From Mycolicibacterium smegmatis (GTDB lineage Bacteria; Actinomycetota; Actinomycetes; Mycobacteriales; Mycobacteriaceae): a DNA stretch of 32,000 nucleotides. The DNA lies in NCBI RefSeq assembly GCF_001457595.1, contig NZ_LN831039.1, forward strand, positions 5,130,001-5,162,000, written 5' to 3'. Positions 26,718 to 32,000 of this stretch are shown one piece after another. Within the stretch, counting starts at the first letter, position 1. Each line of letters starts with the position of its first letter. A program made the position numbers and the translations under genes. A model generated the notes under the pieces. The model searched no databases. It was not told the DNA's origin and worked only from the letters and a program-made list of their open reading frames with translations.

Positions 26718-28459
26718 TTCACCTTCCGGTGTGGCTTGTACTTGCCCGAAGGCTTGCCCGCCCCTTCCCGTCGCGGTCCACGGTCAGGCTGCAGGTTGAT
26801 CAACACCCCGGAGATGCGGGTGTTCTCAAGCGCTTTGAGCGTCTTCTTCGGCAGCTTCTCCGGCAACTCCACCAGCGAGTAGTCCAGGCGGATGGTGATA
26901 TGGCCGAACTCGTTGCGGTGCAGTCCGCCCTCGTTGGCGATCGCGCCCACGATGTGGCCGGGGCCGACCTTGTGGCGCTTGCCGACGTCGATGCGGTAGG
27001 TCGCAAGGCCTTCGCGCGGCGGGCGCTCCTTGCGCGGACCCCGGTCGCCGCGGTCGTCGCGGTCGCGGTCACGGTCACGCCGCTTGTCCGGCGGCGGTTC
27101 GGTCATGAGGAACTCTTCGCCGTTGCGCGTCTGCACCGCGAGCGCCGCGGCGATGTCGGCCAGCGGCACGTTGCTCTCGCGCTCGTAGTCCTCGATGAGA
27201 CGACGGAACAGGTCGATGCCCGGTGCGTTGAGCGAATCGCTGATCGAGTCGCGGAACTTCGCGACGCGCTGGGCATTGACGTCCTCGACGCTGGGCAGCT
27301 CGGCTTCGATGAGCTTGGACCGCGTGGCCTTCTCGATCGACTTGAGCAGGTGACGCTCACGCGGGGTCACGAACAGCACCGCGTGCCCCGACCGTCCGGC
27401 ACGGCCCGTGCGGCCGATGCGGTGCACGTAGGACTCGGTGTCGTGAGGGATGTCGTAGTTGATGACGTGCGAGATCCGCTCCACGTCCAGACCACGCGCG
27501 GCGACGTCGGTCGCGATCAGGATGTCGATCGTGCCGTCCTTGAGCGCGGAGATGGTGCGTTCGCGCTGCGCCTGGTTGATGTCGCCGTTGATCGCGGCCG
27601 CGGCGAACCCGCGGGCCTTGAGACGGTCGGCGACCTCCTCGGTGGCCTGCTTGGTACGGACGAACACGATCATCGCGTCGCCCTCCTCGACCTCGAGGAT
27701 GCGGGTCAGCGCGTCCATCTTGCGCGGGCCGGCCACCTGGATGAACCGCTGTGAGATGTTCTCGGCCGTGGCGGTTTTCGCCTTGACCGTGACCTCGACC
27801 GGATCGTGCAGGTACTTGGTGGTGATCTTGCGGATCGCCGCGGGCATGGTCGCCGAGAACAGCGCGACCTGCTTGTACTCGGGGGTGTCGGCGAGGATCC
27901 GCTCGACCTCCTCGGCGAAGCCCATGGTGAGCATCTCGTCGGCCTCGTCGAGCACCAGGTAGTCGAGCTTCGACAGGTCCAGCGTGCCGCGTTCGAGATG
28001 GTCGATCACGCGGCCGGGCGTGCCCACCACCACCTGCGCGCCGCGGCGCAGGCCGGACAGCTGCACGGTGTAGGACGAGCCGCCGTAGATCGGCAGCACG
28101 TTGACCTGGGGCAGGTGCGAGCCGTAGCGGCCGAAGGCCTCCGCGACCTGCAGCGCGAGCTCACGAGTCGGGGCCAGCACCAGGGCCTGGGTGTCCCTGC
28201 GCGACGTGTCGATCTTCGACAGGATCGGGATGGCGAACGCCGCGGTTTTGCCCGTACCGGTCTGGGCCAGGCCCACCACGTCGGAGCCCGCGAGCATGGG
28301 AGGAATGGTTGCGGCCTGGATCGCCGACGGCGATTCGTAGCCGACGTCGGTGACCGCCTGCAGCACGGCGGGGTGAATCTGCAGGTCGGCGAAAGTCGGT
28401 TCAGTAGGGGCCGAATCCGAGTTGGTTACCGGACTCGGATCCGGTTCTTGCGAGGTCAT
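26714..28459 (-). CDS. deaD: DEAD-box ATP-dependent RNA helicase with C-terminal DbpA-like RNA-binding domain
   Basis: AQTGTGKTAAF, PTRELALQ, DEADEM, SATMP, HRIGRTGRAGRSG; basic C-terminal RNA-binding domain. Confidence 0.96.
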   Translation of the reverse strand: MTSQEPDPSPVTNSDSAPTEPTFADLQIHPAVLQAVTDVGYESPSAIQAATIPPMLAGSDVVGLAQTGTGKTAAFAIPILSKIDTSRRDTQALVLAPTRELALQVAEAFGRYGSHLPQVNVLPIYGGSSYTVQLSGLRRGAQVVVGTPGRVIDHLERGTLDLSKLDYLVLDEADEMLTMGFAEEVERILADTPEYKQVALFSATMPAAIRKITTKYLHDPVEVTVKAKTATAENISQRFIQVAGPRKMDALTRILEVEEGDAMIVFVRTKQATEEVADRLKARGFAAAAINGDINQAQRERTISALKDGTIDILIATDVAARGLDVERISHVINYDIPHDTESYVHRIGRTGRAGRSGHAVLFVTPRERHLLKSIEKATRSKLIEAELPSVEDVNAQRVAKFRDSISDSLNAPGIDLFRRLIEDYERESNVPLADIAAALAVQTRNGEEFLMTEPPPDKRRDRDRDRDDRGDRGPRKERPPREGLATYRIDVGKRHKVGPGHIVGAIANEGGLHRNEFGHITIRLDYSLVELPEKLPKKTLKALENTRISGVLINLQPDRGPRREGAGKPSGKYKPHRKVK

Positions 28460-28549
28460 CGACTATGCAGTCTAGTGCCAATAGAGTGTTTCCCCCGCCG
28501 CCGCGCGCCTGACCGGGCCCCGAGGGTGTGCGAGGTAGGTTGCGCAACT

Positions 28550-29089
28550 GTGAAAAAGGTCGCCGGAGTCGTGCTCGCCACACTCGCGCTGGCCGGCTGC
28601 GGGGGCGGCGATTCGACGGTTTCGAAGACGCCGGGACCCACCGCGAGCCAGCCCGCGACGGCAGCACCTGAAACCACAGTCGCCGCCCCTGCGCCCACGT
28701 CGGCCGAACCCGATCCGTGCACGGTCAACCTGGCCGCACCGGAGATCGCGCGTGCGGTGTCCGAACTGCCGAGGGACCCGCGCAGCAACCAGGCGTGGAG
28801 CCCCGAGCCGATCGCGGGCAACTACAACGAGTGCGCGCAACTGTCGGCGGTGATCGTGCGGGCCAACACCAACGCCGAGAACCCCAACACCAGGGCCGTG
28901 CTGTTCCACCTGGGCAAGTTCATCCCCACGGGCGTGCCCGACACCTACGGGTTCAACGACATCGACAAGACGCAGAGCACGGGCGACACCGTGGCCCTGC
29001 AGTACTCCGGCGGGTTCCACGGGCTGCCCAGCACCGTGCGGTTCCGGTGGAACGGCAGCGGGGTCGAGCTGATGGGCAACGTCGGTTGA
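28550..29089 (+). CDS. lprE: LprE-like lipoprotein
   Basis: VKKVAGVVLATLALAGCGGG lipobox; position between deaD and the Rv1251c-like gene as in M. tuberculosis; GTG start at 28550. Confidence 0.8.
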   Translation: MKKVAGVVLATLALAGCGGGDSTVSKTPGPTASQPATAAPETTVAAPAPTSAEPDPCTVNLAAPEIARAVSELPRDPRSNQAWSPEPIAGNYNECAQLSAVIVRANTNAENPNTRAVLFHLGKFIPTGVPDTYGFNDIDKTQSTGDTVALQYSGGFHGLPSTVRFRWNGSGVELMGNVG

Positions 29090-29113
29090 GGTGGGCTGAG
29101 GTGGGCTGAGGTG
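29087..29113. repeat. 10-bp tandem repeat (TGAGGTGGGC), about 2.7 copies, beginning at the lprE-like stop codon
   Basis: TGAGGTGGGC TGAGGTGGGC TGAGGTG read directly. Confidence 0.9.
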
Positions 29114-29139
29114 TCGGCCCGCTGCCCTACGCTGGCACC

Positions 29140-32000
29140 GTGTTCGTCACCGAGGACGGCGGTAGCGGACCGCGGGTGATCTACAGCGCGTCGGACCTCG
29201 CGGCCGCCGCGCGCTGTGAGTACGCGCTGCTGCGGGCGTTCGACGCCCAGCTGGGACGCGGACCGGCGGTGTCTTCGGAGGACGAACTTCTCAAGCGCAC
29301 CGCGCAACTCGGCGGGGAGCACGAACAGCGGCATCTCGACGAGTTGCGCGAGGGCTCGGAGATCACGGTCATCGGGCGCCCGCGCTACACCGTGCCGGGC
29401 CTCACGGCCGCGGCCAACGCGACGCTCGCCGCGGTCACCCAGCGTGCACCGGTGATCTATCAGGCCGCGATGTTCGACGGGCGGTTCGCCGGGTTCGCGG
29501 ATTTCCTGATCCTCTCCGACGGGCAGTACCGCCTGCGCGACACCAAGCTGGCCCGCTCGGTCAAGGTCGAGGCGCTGCTGCAGCTCGCGGCGTACAGCGA
29601 GACGCTGAGCGCCGCGGGCGTACCCGTCGCGCCGGAGGTCGAACTGGTGCTCGGCGACGGCGCCGTCGCCACCTACCCCGTCGACGAACTGCTGCCCGTG
29701 TACCGGCCGCGCCGCGCGGCGCTTGAGCACCTGCTCGACGCGCACCTGGCCTCCGGGGAACCGGTCAGCTGGGAGGACACCGAAATCCGCGCGTGCTTCC
29801 GCTGCCCCGAGTGCGAGGTCCAGGTGCGTGCGCACGACGACCTGCTGCTCGTCGCGGGTATGCGCACCAGCCAGCGCGCCCGGTTGATCGACGCGGGCAT
29901 CACCACGGTCGCCGATCTCGCCGCGCGTCGCGACGACGAGCCGGTCGAGGGCCTGCACCCACGCATCGCGCAGGGGCTGACCGCGCAGGCGCGGTTGCAG
30001 CGCGCACCGCGGACCGGCAAGAAACCGCCGTACGAGGTGGTGGACCCGCAGCCGCTCATGTCGCTGCCCAACCCCGACCGCGGTGATCTGTTCTTCGACT
30101 TCGAGGGTGACCCGCTGTGGACCGACGACGGCGTGCAGTGGGGCCTGGAGTACATGTTCGGCGTGCTGGGCACCGCGCCGCGGGCCGACGAGGACTTCCA
30201 CCCGCTGTGGGCCCACAACCGCCGCGAGGAGCGGCAGGCGCTGCGCGACTTCCTGGCGCTGGTGCGCAAACGCCGCAAGCGTCATCCGCACATGCACGTC
30301 TACCACTACGCGGCGTACGAGAAGACCGCGCTGCTGCGCCTGGCCGGGCGTTACGGCGAAGGCGAGGACGAGGTCGACGAACTGCTGCGCGCAGGTGTGC
30401 TGGTGGACCTGTATCCGCTGGTGCGCAAGAGCATTCGCGTGGGAACCGAGAACTACAGCCTGAAATCCCTTGAGCCGCTGTACATGGGTGCGCAGTTGCG
30501 TGACGGCGACGTCACCACCGCGACCGATTCCATCACGCAGTACGGGCTCTACTGCACGCTGCGCGCCGAGGGCCGCGACGACGAGGCCGCGCTGGTGCTC
30601 AAGGAGATCGAGGATTACAACCTCTACGACTGCGTGTCGACGCGCAAGCTGCGGGACTGGCTGATCAACCGGGCGATCGAGTGCAGCGTGCCGCCCCTTG
30701 GCGCGCAACCGGTCGGCCGCGACACCGCACCCGAACCCGAGGACCAGATCGCGCGCACGCTGCGCCGCTTCGTCGGCGACGACGAGCGCACCCCGCAGCA
30801 GCAGGCTGTCGCCATGATCGCGGCCGCGCGGGGCTACCACCGTCGCGAGGACAAGCCGTTCTGGTGGAGCCACTTCGACCGGCTCAACCACCCGGTCGAG
30901 GAATGGTCTGACGGCGCAGGCGTTTTCGTCGCCGACACCGCGCACGTCGAGGTCGACTGGCACACCCCGCCGCGGGCGCGCAAGCCCCAGCGGTGGGTGC
31001 GCCTCACCGGCGCCATGGCCGCCGGGGAACTCAGCCGCGAGATGTACGCGCTCTACGAGCCGCCGGCCCCCTCCGGCTTGACCGACGATCCCGAGCGCCG
31101 CGCGTTCGGGTCGGTCCAGGTGCTCGAGGCCGACGATGCGTCCGCACCCACCGAGGTGCTGATCTGCGAGCGGGAACCCAAGGAGGGCGGCACCTTTCAC
31201 CAGTTGCCGTTCGCGCTGACGCCGGGCCCGCCCATCCGCACCACCGCGCTGCAGAATTCCATCGAGGCCACGGCCGCGCAGATCGCCGAAGGACTTCCCC
31301 GGCTACCCGGCAACGCCGTCGTCGACATCCTGCTGCGCAGGCCGCCGCGCACCCGCAGCGGCGGCCCGCTGCCACACGGCCAGGCAGCCAAGCACGAGCT
31401 GATCACCGCGGCACTGCTCGACCTCGACTCGTCCTACCTCGCGGTGCACGGTCCACCCGGCACGGGCAAGACATTCACGTCTGCGGCCGTGATCGCACGG
31501 CTGGTCAATCGACACCATTGGCGCATCGGCGTGGTCGCACAGGCACATGCCGTGGTGGAGAACCTTTTCCGCGACGTCATCGCCGCGGACGTGCCGGCCG
31601 ACGCCGTGGCCAAGAAGCCCCATGGTGACAACGCGTGCTGGACCGAACTGAGCGAGAAGGAATATCCCGACTTCCTCGATCAGCACACCGGCACCGGCTG
31701 CGTGATCGGCGGCACCGCATGGGATTTCGCGAACCCGGTACGCATCCCGCCCGGCAGTCTGGATCTGCTGGTGGTCGAGGAGGCCGGCCAGTACAGCCTG
31801 GCCAACACCATCGCGGTCGCCCCCGCGGCGCACAACCTGCTGCTGCTGGGCGACCCGCAGCAGCTCCCCCAGGTCAGCCAGGGCACACATCCCGAACCCG
31901 TCGACACCTCGGCGCTGGGCTGGCTCGTGGACGGCCACCACACGCTGCCCGCCGAACTCGGCTACTTCCTGGACTGCTCGTACCGCATGCACCCCGCGGT
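29140..32000 (+). CDS. TM0106-like RecB-family nuclease + DEDD-type exonuclease-like + SF1 Upf1/Dna2-type helicase fusion (Rv1251c-like), 3'-truncated by the window
   Basis: Frame 1 appears open from the GTG at 29140 to the window end. GFADFLI...LRDTKLARSVKVEALLQLAAYSE nuclease motifs; FFDFEGDP and EDYNLYD DEDD-like motifs; Walker A GPPGTGKT (31450-31473), VEEAGQ Walker B-like and GDPQQLPQV helicase motifs. Confidence 0.9.
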   Translation, partial: MFVTEDGGSGPRVIYSASDLAAAARCEYALLRAFDAQLGRGPAVSSEDELLKRTAQLGGEHEQRHLDELREGSEITVIGRPRYTVPGLTAAANATLAAVTQRAPVIYQAAMFDGRFAGFADFLILSDGQYRLRDTKLARSVKVEALLQLAAYSETLSAAGVPVAPEVELVLGDGAVATYPVDELLPVYRPRRAALEHLLDAHLASGEPVSWEDTEIRACFRCPECEVQVRAHDDLLLVAGMRTSQRARLIDAGITTVADLAARRDDEPVEGLHPRIAQGLTAQARLQRAPRTGKKPPYEVVDPQPLMSLPNPDRGDLFFDFEGDPLWTDDGVQWGLEYMFGVLGTAPRADEDFHPLWAHNRREERQALRDFLALVRKRRKRHPHMHVYHYAAYEKTALLRLAGRYGEGEDEVDELLRAGVLVDLYPLVRKSIRVGTENYSLKSLEPLYMGAQLRDGDVTTATDSITQYGLYCTLRAEGRDDEAALVLKEIEDYNLYDCVSTRKLRDWLINRAIECSVPPLGAQPVGRDTAPEPEDQIARTLRRFVGDDERTPQQQAVAMIAAARGYHRREDKPFWWSHFDRLNHPVEEWSDGAGVFVADTAHVEVDWHTPPRARKPQRWVRLTGAMAAGELSREMYALYEPPAPSGLTDDPERRAFGSVQVLEADDASAPTEVLICEREPKEGGTFHQLPFALTPGPPIRTTALQNSIEATAAQIAEGLPRLPGNAVVDILLRRPPRTRSGGPLPHGQAAKHELITAALLDLDSSYLAVHGPPGTGKTFTSAAVIARLVNRHHWRIGVVAQAHAVVENLFRDVIAADVPADAVAKKPHGDNACWTELSEKEYPDFLDQHTGTGCVIGGTAWDFANPVRIPPGSLDLLVVEEAGQYSLANTIAVAPAAHNLLLLGDPQQLPQVSQGTHPEPVDTSALGWLVDGHHTLPAELGYFLDCSYRMHPA

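Noticed and set aside
28539-28548. Perfect 10-bp palindrome GTTGCGCAAC just before the lprE-like GTG
   Set aside because: Short and close to chance expectation in this genome; it overlaps a plausible TAGGTT -10, but there is too little evidence to call an operator.

Overview
High-GC mycobacterial chromosomal window; the gene content suggests a fast-growing species such as Mycolicibacterium smegmatis, but this was not confirmed by a search. Most of it is ordinary densely packed chromosome. From memory, several genes follow the M. tuberculosis Rv1264-Rv1251c neighbourhood: adenylate cyclase, HIT protein, deazaflavin nitroreductase, udgB, tap, FAD-linked oxidase, cyp130, TetR regulator, acyltransferase, deaD, lprE and a nuclease/helicase. 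Blocks of accessory genes interrupt this order. No rRNA, tRNA, CRISPR array or obvious transposase was recognised. Main leads: (1) a large ORF running off the right edge (29140->32000, missing from the ORF track). It combines a Cas4/AddB-like Cys-containing PD-(D/E)XK nuclease, a DEDD exonuclease-like domain and a Upf1/Dna2-type helicase. (2) A tap-like efflux gene that looks inactivated by two separate lesions, one frameshifting and one in-frame at a possible short repeat. (3) A symmetric four-half-site array, GTTGCA-N4-GTTGCA-N1-TGCAAC-N4-TGCAAC, between divergent butanediol/acetoin dehydrogenase and flavin monooxygenase genes. (4) A CopZ / His-tailed secreted protein / Cu-ATPase cassette with a CsoR/RicR-like operator inside an apparently leaderless promoter. 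(5) Palindromic or direct-repeat operator candidates upstream of hxlR, cyp130 and the siderophore-interacting protein gene. I do not see a convincing wholly new multi-gene system; the nuclease-helicase fusion is the best candidate for mechanistic novelty.
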